From Dictyostelium discoideum (Eukaryota): DNA of 64,000 bases. How positions within the stretch are numbered: position 1 is the first letter of the stretch; every line of letters starts with the position of its first letter. The position numbers and the translations under genes are program-made. This document shows, piece after piece, positions 41,644 through 56,900 of the stretch. Location of the stretch: assembly GCA_000004695.1 (NCBI GenBank), contig CM000151.3, positions 7,552,001-7,616,000 on the forward strand. Direction: 5' to 3'. The notes below the pieces were generated by a model. The model did not search any database and was not told the origin of the DNA. It worked only from the letters and a program-made list of their open reading frames with translations.

Positions 41644-44600
41644 TTATTTGTTAATTTTTTTTAACTTGTTTAAAAGAACACTTTCACCTTTTTTACGATA
41701 AATTAAAAAACCAATTGCACCAATTGCGGAAACACCAACAACACTTGCAACTACAGCGACTGGGATAACATAACTTTTTCTTCCATCTTTTGAATTACCA
41801 CATTCATTTTTAAATTCTGGACTAATTAAGACTGAGAAATCTGGATCAATGATACAAGATTCAATGCAATGTGGTAAATCTAATGAAATTGAAATTGAAT
41901 CCTTACTTTCATTTTTCATTGAAGTTATTAAATATGTTGGTCTTCCGTCTGAAACTAACTTGTTTATAAATCTTCCTTCTAAAATTTTATTATTTTTTGA
42001 AATTTTAATATAGTTGAAAGTAGATTCACCATCTTTATTATTGATTGTATTAATTGATGTATCCATTTCATTACATTCATTATCATCTGAATTTATTTGA
42101 TCTACTGATGAAACTAATTCTAATTTTAAAGTATTTAAATTATTTTTGTATGAATAGTTATGAATTCCAATACTAAATTTAATTGAACCATATTGTAAAT
42201 TAAATGTTTCATCTGCAAATGTATATTCTTTACCATTTCTGTTTGTAATTTCTTCAATCTTTGAAATAATTGAGCAATTGCTTTGAATTGTTTGAGATAA
42301 TGTGTAAATAATTTCATTTTCGGTATCTGTTGAGTTTGTTGTCCAACTGTTTTGAAGAGAATATGTTGCTACTATATTACCATTAAAATCAATTTCGTAT
42401 AATGATTTGAAAAAGATTTGGAATTGAACTTCTTGATTTGAAATTGTTGTATTACCAGTACCTGGATCGACACCAGTATCAGTTGGTGGGTTTCCGTTAT
42501 TACCTCCATCGCTATCGCTATTGCTTCCTCCGTTATTACCTCCGCCTGGATTAATGATACCACTACAATCTGCACCATTGAATCCATTATTACATTTACA
42601 TTGACCATTTAAAGTATTGCATGTACCTTGATTTGAACATTTATTTGGACATGTTTGATTGTTAATATTTAAATATTGATATTTATTATAAGAGTATGTA
42701 ATGTTATTTTGAGCTACAACTACAAGCTTTACACCAAAACCTGGAGGTGCTGTACAATTTAAAACTGTTGTTGAATTATATAGTAATGGACATGGTAAAT
42801 TTCCAATTGTGATTGATAGATTATTATGAGTATCACCAAAGAAGCCAATAAAGCTTGCAACACCACCATTGGTTGTTGAAGGTATTGTTGAAGTTATATA
42901 ATGGTATGGTATTAAACAAGTTGGACCTGACCAAGAATTTTCTTTACAATTGCATTCACCTTTAATTGTATCACACACACCGTTTGAATTACAATCTACT
43001 GGATCACAATCAATATATGGTAATGAACAGTCACTACCTTGATTTGAAGGTCCACAATCACAAGTACCAGTTTGATTATTACATGTATTTAAACCACCAT
43101 TACATGCTACCCCAGTAGTCATTGGACATTCAACAAATGGTACTGAGCAATCATTTCCTTGGTGAGATGAATCACAATTACAAATACCAGTTTCATTATT
43201 ACATGTATTTAAACCACCATTGCATGGTAATCCATTAGATTCTGGACAATCAATTACTGGTAATGAGCAATCACTTCCTTGGTGAGATGAATCACAATTA
43301 CAAGTACCAGTTTGATTATTACATGTATTTAAACCACCATTACATGGCAATCCATTAGATGTTGGGCAATCAATTACTGGCAATGAGCAATCACTACCTT
43401 GATTTGAAGGTCCACAATCACAAGTACCAGTTTGATTATTACATGTATTTAAACCACCGTTACATGGTAATGAACTGAATATTGGACATGGAACCAATGG
43501 CAATGAGCAATTACTTCCTTGAAACGATGAGCTACAATTACAAGTACCAGTTTGGTTATTACATGTATTTAAACCACCGTTACATGGTAATCCACTAACT
43601 ATTGGGCATTCAATCAATGGTAATGAGCAATCACTTCCTTGGTGAGATGAATCACAACCACAAGTACCAGTTTGATTATTACAAGTGTTTAGACCGCCGT
43701 TACATGGTAATCCACTAACAATTGGGCATTCAATCAATGGTAATGAGCAATCATTTCCTTGGTGAGATGAATCACAACCACAAGTACCAGTTTTATTATT
43801 ACAAGTGTTTAAACCACCGTTACATGGTAATCCACTAACTATTGGGCATTCAATCAATGGTAATGAGCAATCATTTCCTTGGTGAGATGAATCACAAGTA
43901 CAAATACCAGTTTGATTATTACAAGTATTTGAGCCGCCATTACATGGTAAAGAGCCATAAATTGGACAAGGAATGAGTGGTAATAAACAATCGCTACCTT
44001 GATAAGATGAATTACAAATACATTCACCTATGGTATAATCACAATGACCATTACCTGAACAATCTGGAACTGAACATTCAATACCTAAACAATCACTACC
44101 AACAAATCCTGGTAAACATTTACAAGCACCTGAACTTAAATCGCAAATTGAATTAACTCCAACTGATGTTGAACAATCATTTGGACAAACTTGATTATTA
44201 TCGAAATTTGATTCGATCTTAATATATGCTTTTACATTGAATGAATCTTTTTCAATTGAAATTATTTGTAATGGAATTGTTGAATTTGAAATTGGTAATT
44301 GTTTACCACTTTCCATTGTACATTGTGCTCCGAAAAAGTCACTACTTGTAATTGTTGAACAATTACCTACATTTTGAATTTGAACTTGTTGATTTGTAAA
44401 TCCTAAATAACTTGAAAAATGTGTACCACTTACTTGAATTTCATTACCTGTGCTTTTAATTAAAACTGATTTTATAATTGGTGGAATATTATAATTTGTT
44501 GGGAATGTATATGTAACATTATTTGGAGTTGTGAATAAAACTGGAAAATATTCAACATTTTTCAAATTATTATTAGCTCCTACCATTGTTGCTGTATAAT

Positions 44601-46450
44601 TTTTACCATTTTGATTAATAACATATGTTGTTGGATCTAATGAAATTGTTAAATTAATTTTCCATAATGTTACATCGAATCCAATATCATTACCAGTTAC
44701 CATTACTTTATTAAATATACCATCATTAATTAATTCTACTTTTGGTCTAAATGTTGTGCATGGTGTTTTTGTATTAAAGTTTGAAAACTTATTACCAGAA
44801 AATCTTGTCAACATTGATTTTTGTGTTAATTTTGAATAACTATTTATCGTTGTTACATTAAAATAACACGCAAAACAAGATGGAATTAATCTAAATTTTT
44901 AAATTAATAAAAAAAAATAAAGATTAGTAAGTAATTTGAATAAATAAATAATTTATAATCAACATACCCTGTTAAATTTCCAGTTGGGACAGATAGTTCA
45001 GTTGTGCACCATGAATTATCAACTGTACCAACAAAAAGATTTGGAGAATTTGTAAAATAATATGAACCACCAGAACCTAGAAATTTTGTGGGGAATTGTG
45101 TATTTTTTATTGAATTAAAGAAGGAAACTGTAGAATATGGACCCATATTAAGGTTATTTGGAAAAACCGTCAAGTTACCTGATAAAAAATTAAAATCACA
45201 ACTCTCTGGAGGAATTATTGGGAGTGCCCCATTCAAATGATAAAGATTTCCTGGAAAAAGGGTAATTGCTGTATAGGTGTGATTAACGAATGATGACATA
45301 TCATAATATTCAGTTGGTGCATCAAGTGTCGCACTTAGATAAAATTTTGATACTTTTGAATTGTCAAATAAATATTGATTAATTTGTCCAAGAGCACGGT
45401 ATATTGATAATTGATTGGATGATATTGTTTTCATAAAATTAATAGTTGAAAAATCAAATATTAGAGAAAATTGTAAATTTATATTGTTTAATTTGTACAT
45501 TGAAAAAGATACTATGTTATGTACATTGGCATAAAAATTCCCTAATACTGAGGTTCCAGATGGATTTGCGCCATCAGAGTTTAGATAAACATATACATTA
45601 GCAGGAGAAATGTCCAAATTATATATTCCACTATTAATATGCTCCAATCTCAATGTTGTACCATTTAAATCATTTGAATGTATAGTCCTTTTTATTTTTA
45701 AAATAAAAAAAAATAAAAAAAATAAAAAAAATAAAAAAATAAATAAATGAATAAAATTTATGTAAGAAATAAGAATTAGATTTTAGTTTTTTTTTTTTTT
45801 TTGTTTTTTTTTTTTTTATAGAAAATAAATATTTACAAGGATCTAATTGAAGGTAAAGGTTGAGTAATTCCACCTACCACTCCATTAATATTGATATACT
45901 TTGCTATTTGGACACTGGATATTTTTGTATATATAAAATCTGGTGATACTTTTAAATTATTAACCGTTCTTTAATAATAATAATTTTCAATTTTTTAGTA
46001 AATAATTTTGTTGAGAAAAAAAAAAAAAAAAAATTTAAAATACTTACAATTCCACCATCAGAGTAAAACAGGTTGAGAAATTAGATGGAAATAATATATT
46101 ATTTGTACCACCAGGTATTAAAAACCATCCTAAAAATAAAAAAATAAAAAAATAAAAATTTAATATTTATTAGTTTTGATATTAAATTAAAAAAAAAAAT
46201 TAAAAAATTAAAAAATTAAAATTAAACTTATTTCTTTTGAATATAAATTCCCAGAACAAGAAATATCAATTGTGGTGGTTGACAAATGTTTGAATAAAAA
46301 TCGAATGTGTCTTTTGTGAAATTTGGTAGAATAAAAATTTCATTTAAATAACCAACACGTATATTCATCTGGAACAAGAGGGGGGACTTGAGAATAACAC
46401 CCGACAATTATTAAAAATATAAAAAAAAGTTGAGATTTAATTAAAACCAT
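41644..46450 (-). CDS. Tandem paralog of the preceding EGF-repeat membrane glycoprotein, with an expanded EGF-repeat array. Exons: complement(join(41644..44890,44968..45687,45837..45968,46047..46128,~46226..46450)). The 5' exon is apparently disrupted.
   Basis: The last exon (ORF 41644..44814) is open back to the acceptor at 44891. The splice sites were mapped as for gene 1. Exon 1 contains an in-frame TGA and a short out-of-frame stretch relative to the paralog (see findings). Confidence 0.5.
42985..43990 (-). repeat. Tandem in-frame repeat of about 120 bp (40 aa), about 8 units, inside the last exon of the second EGF-repeat gene; absent from the first paralog
   Basis: Repeated protein unit: LPLIECPIVSGLPCNGGLNTCNN(Q/K)TGTC(G/N)CDSSHQGNDCS. 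The nucleotide units are more than 85% identical: 'caatcacttccttggtgagatgaatcacaa..acaagtaccagtttgattattacatgtatttaaaccaccattacatgg...'. Confidence 0.8.
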
Positions 46451-46465
46451 TTTTTTTAATTATTG

Positions 46466-46517
<52 letters not shown>

Positions 46518-48197
46518 TAAAAAAAAAAAAAAAAAAAACCTTTCTAATATTCAGATGACTTTTTAATATTGATTAAAAAAAAAAAAAAAAAAAAAAAACC
46601 TGTTACATTGGGATGACGAAAAAAAAAAAAAAATAAAAAAAAAATAAAATTAATTGGTGAAGTGTTGTCTGGTTTTTGAATGGTTGGTTTTTAAAAAAAA
46701 ACGAAGAAAAATGCATTTTTTTTTATTAAATGTCAAAATATCTTTAAAAATATCTTTTTTTCATTTGATTTCGTCGATGATGTTTTGATTTTTTTTTTTT
46801 GTGCGTCAAAACGATCGTTCTTTTTTTTTTCCAAGCATTTCATAGAACGATTGTTTTTGTAAATTGGTATTTTTTTTTTTTTATTTTATTTTAAACGAAT
46901 ATGAACCAGTTTAAAAATTTCCTTTGATACCACCTGTTGACTGTTGTTTTTTTTTTTAAAAAAAAAAAAGATATTTTTTTTTTTCCATTATTTTCAATAT
47001 TAATTCTTAAAATATTTTTTTTTTTTTTTTTTTTTTTATTATTATTGAAAACTAAATAAAAGAGTATTTAATTTTTGGGGGAAACTTATATTTTTTTTTT
47101 TTTTTTTTTTTTTTTCCAAACAAAAATATTTTTTCCTAAAAAATCAAAAATTTTTAATAATTTGAAAATTTCCCCAAATTTTTTTTTTACAAATTTCCCG
47201 GGGGAAAAACCAAAGTATAACAATTTTTCGGGTATAGTATGGGGAGTTCCCCAAACTTTCCCCCCAATTAAATTTTTCCTAGTAAATCCTTTTTTCTAAA
47301 AAAAAAAAAAAAACCCAAAATTTTGCTTTGGGAAATTAATTTTTTAAAAAGTTTTATTTTAGTATCACTATTATTTTTAAGTTTTCTAAACAAAAGGGTT
47401 GTATTTTTATCCTTTTTAAAAATATTGGTTTTTTTTTTTTTTTTTTTTTTTTTTGATCAAATTTTTTTTTTTCTTGTTTTTTTAACCAAAAAAAAAAATA
47501 AAAAAAAAAAAATAAAAAATAAAAAATAAAAAAAATGGATTTTTTTTTTTTTAATTAAAATCTTTTTAAATTGATTCAACTTATTGCTTGGTGATTAAAT
47601 TAGATTATTTCGCAATTATTTTCTAGTATTGAAAATTAATTTTAATTTTTTATACTTTTTAAAAAAAAACAAAAAAAAAAAAAATAAATTAAAATTATTT
47701 TCAATTGATTTTTGGGGGTATAAATATCTTTTTTTAATTAGACACACATTTCAAAACATAAATGGCATCTTAAAAAAAAAAAAATAATAAAAATAATAAA
47801 AAAAATAAAACTCTAATTCGCAATAATCCTCCTATTTCAATATTAATATAACATAATAATACAAGCTTATTTTTAGTTTTTTTAATATAACCTTAGTAAT
47901 AAAAAAAAAAAAAAGATATTTTTAATAAAAAAAAAATCTAAATTTATTTTTTTATTTTTTTTATTTATTTTTTTATTTTTTAAAGGTGGGTCTGTTAATT
48001 TTTTTTTTTTTTTGAAAATAATTAAACAATAAAAACACTTTTTTTTATTTTTTATTTTTTTTAAATTAATTACAACAAAAAAAAATAAAAAATAAAAAAA
48101 AAAAAAAAAGAAAAATTCGAACCCCTTTTATCTTTTGAAAGTAAATTAAAAAAAAAAAGTGTTTATTTTTAACTATAGCATTAACCTTTTTTAAAAA

Positions 48198-49184
48198 ATG
48201 GTATGGAATAAAAAAAAAAAAAAAAAAATAATTATCATAAAATATATATATGTACTAATTTATTATTTATTAAAAATATATATAGGTAGAATTTACATTA
48301 TTAGAAGATGATGTTTATTTCCATGATTATATAGCAGATTTCATTCCTTTATTTGTATTATCAATTTTACTGGAATTTGTTATAAATGTATTTTTTAAAA
48401 AGAAAAAGAATTATCACTCATTAAGTGATTCATTAAGTAGTATGGGTACAGGTATATCAACAGTAGTTTTAGAAAGAATTGTACCATATACAATTTTATC
48501 ATCAATTGAATTTGTAGGTGCCGTATATATTTATAAACATTATAGATTTTTCGATGTTTCCGAATCTTCAATATTAGCCTGGATAATTTGTTTACTAGCT
48601 GTTGATTTTGTTTATTATTGTAAGTTTTTATATTTTTAAGTTTTTATATTTTTATATTTTTAATGAGGAAAAGAGTGTGTTGTGTGTTGTGATAATATAT
48701 ATAAATTACTAACACATATGTGTTTATTTTATTTTATTTTATTTTTTTTTTTAAAAAAAAAGGGTTTCATAGATTTGCACATGAAATTAATTTTATGTGG
48801 GCAACACATGTTACACATCATTCAAGTGATAAATATAATTTAACAACAGCATTAAGACAAAGTATATTTCAAATGTATTTCTCATGGGTATTATTTTTAC
48901 CAATTGGATTTTTCATACCACCAGGTATTTATGTATTTCATAAACAATTCAATACAATCAATCAATTTTGGATTCATACACAATTGATTGGTAAATTAGC
49001 ATGGCCAATTGAATTTATAATGAATACACCATCACATCATAGAGTTCATCATGGACGTAATCCAAAATATTTAGATAAAAACTATGCTGGTACATTAATA
49101 ATTTGGGATAGATTATTTGGAACATTCCAAGAGGAAGATACTATCACCAACACCACCACCACCACCACCAACACCACTGGTGAA

Positions 49185-49246
<62 letters not shown>

Positions 49247-49889
49247 AAATCAACGTGTTTTCTATGGGTTAGTACACCAATTTGAATCAAGTGATCCAAC
49301 ATGGTCACAAGTTCATCATTGGTTTGAAATTTATGAAAAACAAAAACAATATAACTCGGTTAAAGAGAAATTGAAATCAATTTTCTATGGGCCAGGTTGG
49401 AAAAAAGGTGATACCAATAGAATGGGTGATTTATCAAGTATTCCAATACCAACTGAAAAAGATGACCAATTACGAATTAAAGCATCATTATCAACATCAT
49501 TAAATATTTATTTGTTTATTCATTATTTTTTAGCATCATTTTTAGCATTGTCATTACGTTCACTATTTGAGGATAAAATTGGATCTGCAAATGTAACTTG
49601 TTCTTTTATTTTCGTATATTTCGGTTTAACTTCATTTGGTGCAATCTTTGATAGAAAATGGTATGCAATGATATTAGAACATTTTAGATTATGGTCTTTC
49701 ATTCTATACACTCTGTACTTAGAATCAACCAATCCAATCATATCTCAACAATTTCAAATCATCTCACTATTAAGATACATTTATTTCGTATCTTCATTAT
49801 TTTTAATTTTAAAGAAATTATCACCTTTATCAATTCTATCAAATTATTTAAAATCTTCAAAGAAATTATTAAATAATAAATTAGATTAG
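48198..49889 (+). CDS. Alkylglycerol monooxygenase (TMEM195/AGMO)-like fatty-acid-hydroxylase-superfamily protein: join(48198..48200,48286..48619,48763..49889)
   Basis: Strong alignment to human AGMO: DYIADFIPLFVLSILLEFV; VDFVYY|WFHRFAHEINFMWATHVTHHSSDKYNLTTALRQS; FWIHTQLIGKLAWPIEFIMNTPSHHRVHHGRNPKYLDKNYAGTLIIWDRLFGTF. The His-box motifs HVTHH and HHRVHH are present. Donor GTAAGT at 48620. The acceptor aAG ends at 48762 and regenerates Trp. The proposed first exon is just ATG(48198) followed by GTATGG, with the acceptor at tatAG(48285). Confidence 0.75.
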
Positions 49890-49898
49890 GAAACTTAC

Positions 49899-49933
<35 letters not shown>

Positions 49934-49972
49934 TAAATAAATTAAACCAAAAATAAAAATATATTTAAAATT

Positions 49973-51585
<1,613 letters not shown>

Positions 51586-52053
51586 TCTTTTAATATTATT
51601 ATTACTATTATTATCACTGCTACTACACTATATAAAAGTATTGTTTGTTTTTTTTTTTTTTTTTCTATTATTCGTTTTGTGTGTGTGAAGAAATAAAAAT
51701 AAAAAAATAAAAAATAAAAAAAAATAAAAAAATTTCAATCTAAAAAAAAAAAAAAAAAAAATAAAAATAAAATAAATTTAAAATTATAATATTAATTTAA
51801 ATAAAATAAATTAAAATAAAAAAAATATATATATATAAGATATTATAATAAAACAATTTAAATAATTAAAATTGAGAAAAAATAATAATTTTTCATCCAA
51901 ATATTGTTTATTTATGTTTATATATAGAATAAATAAAAAATGAAAAAAAAAAAAGCGGGAAAAAATAAAAATAACTAATTTTAGAAATACCCAAAACAAA
52001 ACCAACACACAATGACTTTTTTTTTTTTTTTTTTTTATTATTATTATGAATAT

Positions 52054-52789
52054 TTAATCATAACCAACTGGAATCATATCAGATAAAACTTCTTCTAAAA
52101 CTACTTTAATTTCTGAAGTTGAATCATCAGATAAAGTACATTTAACAAAAGTGCATTTAACTTTCATTTGAACCATTTCCAAAGCACCTCTCATTACACC
52201 ACATAGAATATTTGAATAGTAGAGTTTATGTTTATATTGATCTGGTAATTCGACGAAATCAATCAATGGATTATCTTCAATTGTTAAATGGAATTCCTTT
52301 CTATTTGCATCCCAATCACCAACATGAGCATTTACACCTAAAAACATTTTAAAACCAACTTTTGCAATAACTTCTGCTGTCTCTATAAAATCTGAACATC
52401 TACCAATACCTGATTTTGCTAAAAATTCTTCAATTAAACGAATTCCTATATTATATCCCATTTGTTCTAATTTTATATTAACTTGTTCAATATCTTCATA
52501 ATCTTTTATTAATTGTGTAACCAATGCTCCATATGTTAATGTGAATAATTCTGAATTCTATAATTTATTTAATTAATTAATTAATTAATTATGATTTTGA
52601 GATAATAAAAATAAAAATAATAATAATAATTTTTAAAAAAAAAAAAAAATAGTAATTAAAAATAAAAAAAAAAAATAAAAAAAAAAAAAAATGAAAATGG
52701 TAGCATATTTTTAAAAGAATTAAATCAACTTACAATTTTTTCAACTTTATTGAATACATCATTTCCTAATTTATCGTATTTTTTACTCA
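52054..52789 (-). CDS. trappc3: TRAPP complex subunit Bet3 (TRAPPC3): complement(join(52054..52557,52734..52789)), with a 1-nt phase inconsistency at the splice
   Basis: Exon 2 gives NSELFTLTYGALVTQLIKDYEDIEQ...GIGRCSDFIETAEVIAKVGFKMFLG...NPLIDFVELPD...NILCGVMRGALEMVQMKV, a very strong Bet3 match. Exon 1 is MSKKYDKLGNDVFNKVEK, with the canonical donor GTAAGT at 52733. The acceptor TTATAG ends at 52558. Confidence 0.7.
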
Positions 52790-53189
52790 TTTTTTTGATT
52801 ATATTTTAAAATTTTATTATTATTATTAAAAGTACAAGATTGGGGTGTATATTATTAAATAAAAAATAAAAAAATAAAAATAAAAATAAAAAAAAATAAA
52901 AAAAAAAAAAAATAAAAAAAATAAACTTTCAAAAAAAAAATTAAAAAAAAAAATCTTTTCATGGTATTTTTTTTTTGTGTGTATTACCTTATAAATTTGG
53001 ATTAAAAAAAAAGGATAATTTTCCTATTGTTTTTATTATTTTTTTTTTTTATACATTGAAAATAAAAAAGGAAAAATTGAATAAAATTAAAAATTATTTA
53101 ATTTTATAAATAGAATTCACTTTATTCTTTTTTTGGCTTTTTGTCGAAACAAAGAATTTTCGCATTTTCATTGAATCACCCGGCCACTT

Positions 53190-53220
<31 letters not shown>

Positions 53221-53816
53221 ATCTGGTGTCTGGCTTATTTTTTTTAAAATTTTAATAAAATATCACTTCATTTAAAATATTGTAATTAAATTTTCAAGTA
53301 AATCAATAACCTTTTTTTTTTTTTCAAACTTTTTTGCATTAAAGTAAAAAAAAAAAAATAATAATACTTAATTGGAAAAAAGTAGAAATGCAAATATTCT
53401 TAGTTTCATAATCTTGGCAAAATATTTTTAGATTTGAAAAGAAATAAAAAAAAAAAAAATTAAAAAATAAAATAAAATTAAAAAAATTTAAAAAATTAAA
53501 AAAAAAACACAAAACAGACAACCGTTATATTTTTGGTGGACCAAAAATAATTATTTAATTTTTATTTTATTTTTTTATTTTTTTTTTCCACTTTTTTTAA
53601 TCACAAAAAAAAAAAAAAAAAAAAAAATCATTTTTCATAAAAAAAAAAAAAAAAAAAAAAAAAAATAAAATAAAATAAAATACATGTTATTTTATCTACC
53701 AAATTAACCTTTCCATTTTAATTTTTCTATATTCATTTTATTTTATTTTATTTTTTTTTTTTTTTCATACACGCACTCACATAATTTGACCATATCACTC
53801 ACTCACCCACCCATTC

Positions 53817-53851
<35 letters not shown>

Positions 53852-53968
53852 AAATTTTTTATTTTTTATTTTTTATTTTTTTTAAAATTTTATAATAATT
53901 ATAATAATAAAAAAACTATATATATCTTTTAGATATATCTCTATAAATATTTATTAATTATTATAAAA

Positions 53969-56900
53969 ATGGAAAATAATAATTCCAATAATAATAATAA
54001 TAATAATTTATCAACATTAAGAAAATCAAATATTAATGGTGGTAATTCAAATATAGTTCAAAGTTGTTTATCATTTTTACATAGAAGTTTATCAATAAAG
54101 AAATGGATTGAAAAGATATTAGGAGAGAAATTAAGTGAGGATCATCATGATGATAATGATGGACTGTTATTATTTGGTAAATTAATGAACGGAGTTGTAT
54201 TATGTAAATTAATGTCATGTTTAAAGAGTAACTCAATTCCAAAGATACACACTGGTGAAAGTATTTTAAATTTTAAAATTAGGGAAAATCTTTGTTTCTA
54301 CATTCAAGCATTGGAAGATATTGGTATTAGTAGACATTTTCAATTCCAAGTACCAGATTTACTAGAGAAAAAGAATTTACTTAAAGTATTGGAATCATTG
54401 GAAGTTTTAGCAGATGATTGTACAGACTTTGAAAAACCAATAGAATTATCCGATGAAGAATCATTATTAATTCAATTCACTGATAAACAATTATCAGACA
54501 CTGAACAAATCTTAAAGAAATTAAATGTAACTCATATAAAAAGACAATCACTTAAAAAGTTAACTTCAAATGAACCAAAAAGATTCACAACTTCTGGTAC
54601 AACTTTATCACATTCAACTGGTAGTAGATTAACATTTGGTGGTGGTAGTTCAAATTCTTCAACTGGCAATAGCAATGGCAGTAGCAGTGGCGGTGGTAGT
54701 AGCTTATCTCATTCTGGTGGTGCTCCTCACTCATCCTCAACTCCTTCTTCTTTATCCTCGTCTAGTAATGGTGGTAGTGGTCTAACACAATCTGGTGGTG
54801 GTAGTAGAACATTTCAAACTAGAATTGTGTCAACACCAGCAAATGTTAAACCAAAAGCACCATTATCAGTTGCACAAATTTTGGATAAAGCAAGACCATT
54901 TGAAAAGAGATGGATAAAGATTCAAGCATTCTTTAGAGGACATTTAGCAAGAAAAGCATATCAAAAACGTGTTAGATTTGCAGCATACAGACATAACATT
55001 GTCAAAGAGTTATTAGCAACTGAACAAGTTTATATAGATAGTTTAGATCATGTAGTGGCACATTATTTCAATCCAATGCGTGAGGAATCCTCAAAATTAA
55101 ATATTAAACTGGATCATTTCGGTTTACTAATTTCAAATCTTGAAGTCATTATCAACTATAATAAAAATCTATTACAAAATATTAAACCAAAAGTTGAAAA
55201 TTGGTCACATTCTCAAACAATTGGTGATATTTTTGAACAATTTGTAAAGTATTAAAAATATACAAAAAACCCAAAGAAAACACACAAACACTCATACTAA
55301 TTTTTATAATCTATTTTTTTTTTATTTATTAGACACTTTACTTAAAAGTTTATACTCAATATGTTAAAGAGTATAGTATTTTCTTTGAAGCAATTAATAA
55401 TTTACGTAAAAGTAATACTAAATTCGAATCATTTATAGTTGAAAAAGAATATAATGATAATTATAAATCAATTGGAACTTATTTAATTTTACCAATTCAA
55501 AGAATTCCAAGATATACTTTATTATTAACTGTAAGTTTATTAATTATTAAATTATTTATTATTTTATTATTTTATTATTAATTATTATTTTTTTGTTTTT
55601 TTATTTATTTTTTTTTTTCAATAGGAATTATTAAAAAATACATGGAGTGATCATTTAGATTATAATAATTTACAATTATCATTAAAAAAGATGCAAGAGG
55701 TTGCATTATATGTAAATGAAAAAAAGAGAGAGGCAGAGAATATTGCAAAAGTAACAGAGATTCAAAATAATTTCATTGGTAAATTTGAAAACCTTGCTGA
55801 ACCACATAGAAGATTTGTATTTGAAGGTCATCTAAGTGTTATTGGTCCAGGTGGTAAAGAATCACAAAGAGTAGTTTATTTATTTAATGACGTTTTAATT
55901 AGTACAAAACCAATTACAAGTGGTTTAGTAAAGAAAAAAGTCTCTTTAAAAGTTAAAGAGTCAATTAGAATGAATTTGGTTACAATAAAATCAAAATCAA
56001 ATAATAATAATAATAATAATATAGAAAATAGCGAAAATAATAATAATAATAATAGTAATAATAATATAGCGAATAATAATACACCAACGAAAATATCATC
56101 AACACCAAAATCATCATCAGCATCATCTTTATTAAGTAATTCGACACCATCTTCACCATCACCATCAACAACCAACACTACAACGAATACACCACAACCA
56201 ACACCAACACCAATATCATTATCATCATCAATGCCATCACAACCAACAAAACCAACAACATTGAAACCAGTACCACCACCAAGATCACAAGCAACTTTTA
56301 ATGTTACTTCACCAACACCAAATCCAACAACAACAAATCCAACAACAACAAATCCAACAACAACAAATCCAACAACAACAACAACAACAACAACAAATAA
56401 ACCAACAATTGGTGTTAAAACATCATCATCATCAATAACAATATCAAGTACAAATAAAGAAGTTGTTGAATCAACAAAACCAAGATCATCAACGACTGTT
56501 GTAAATAATAGTACAAATATTAATATTCATAATCAAATTAGACAACCAACACCAATTGCATCAGTAACGGCATCAAGTTCACAAGAGAGATTAATCATTG
56601 AGGAGAAGATGAAAAAACAAAATCAAACCATTGAATTAATTGATACTTTTGGTACTTGTGTATTAAAATTATTATGTTCATCAGTTAAAGAGAAAGATCA
56701 ATGGGTAAGTGAAATTAAAAAAGTTTATGAAGATTTAGATAATAAGAAAATTATAAATGATGAAGCAATGAAAAGATCACAAGAAAGAGCAGGTCTTGCT
56801 AAAGCTGCCTTATCACAACAATATGCTACTTTACGTGTTAAAGGTAGATTATGTGATTTAAATACTTTAAAAACTAGTATAAATCAAGAAGAAGATGGTA

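Noticed and set aside
37710-42608. Small minus-strand ORFs 37710..37892, 37947..38183, 42135..42317 and 42372..42608
   Set aside because: Alternative frames inside the large EGF-repeat exons. Identical in both paralogs only because the DNA is duplicated.
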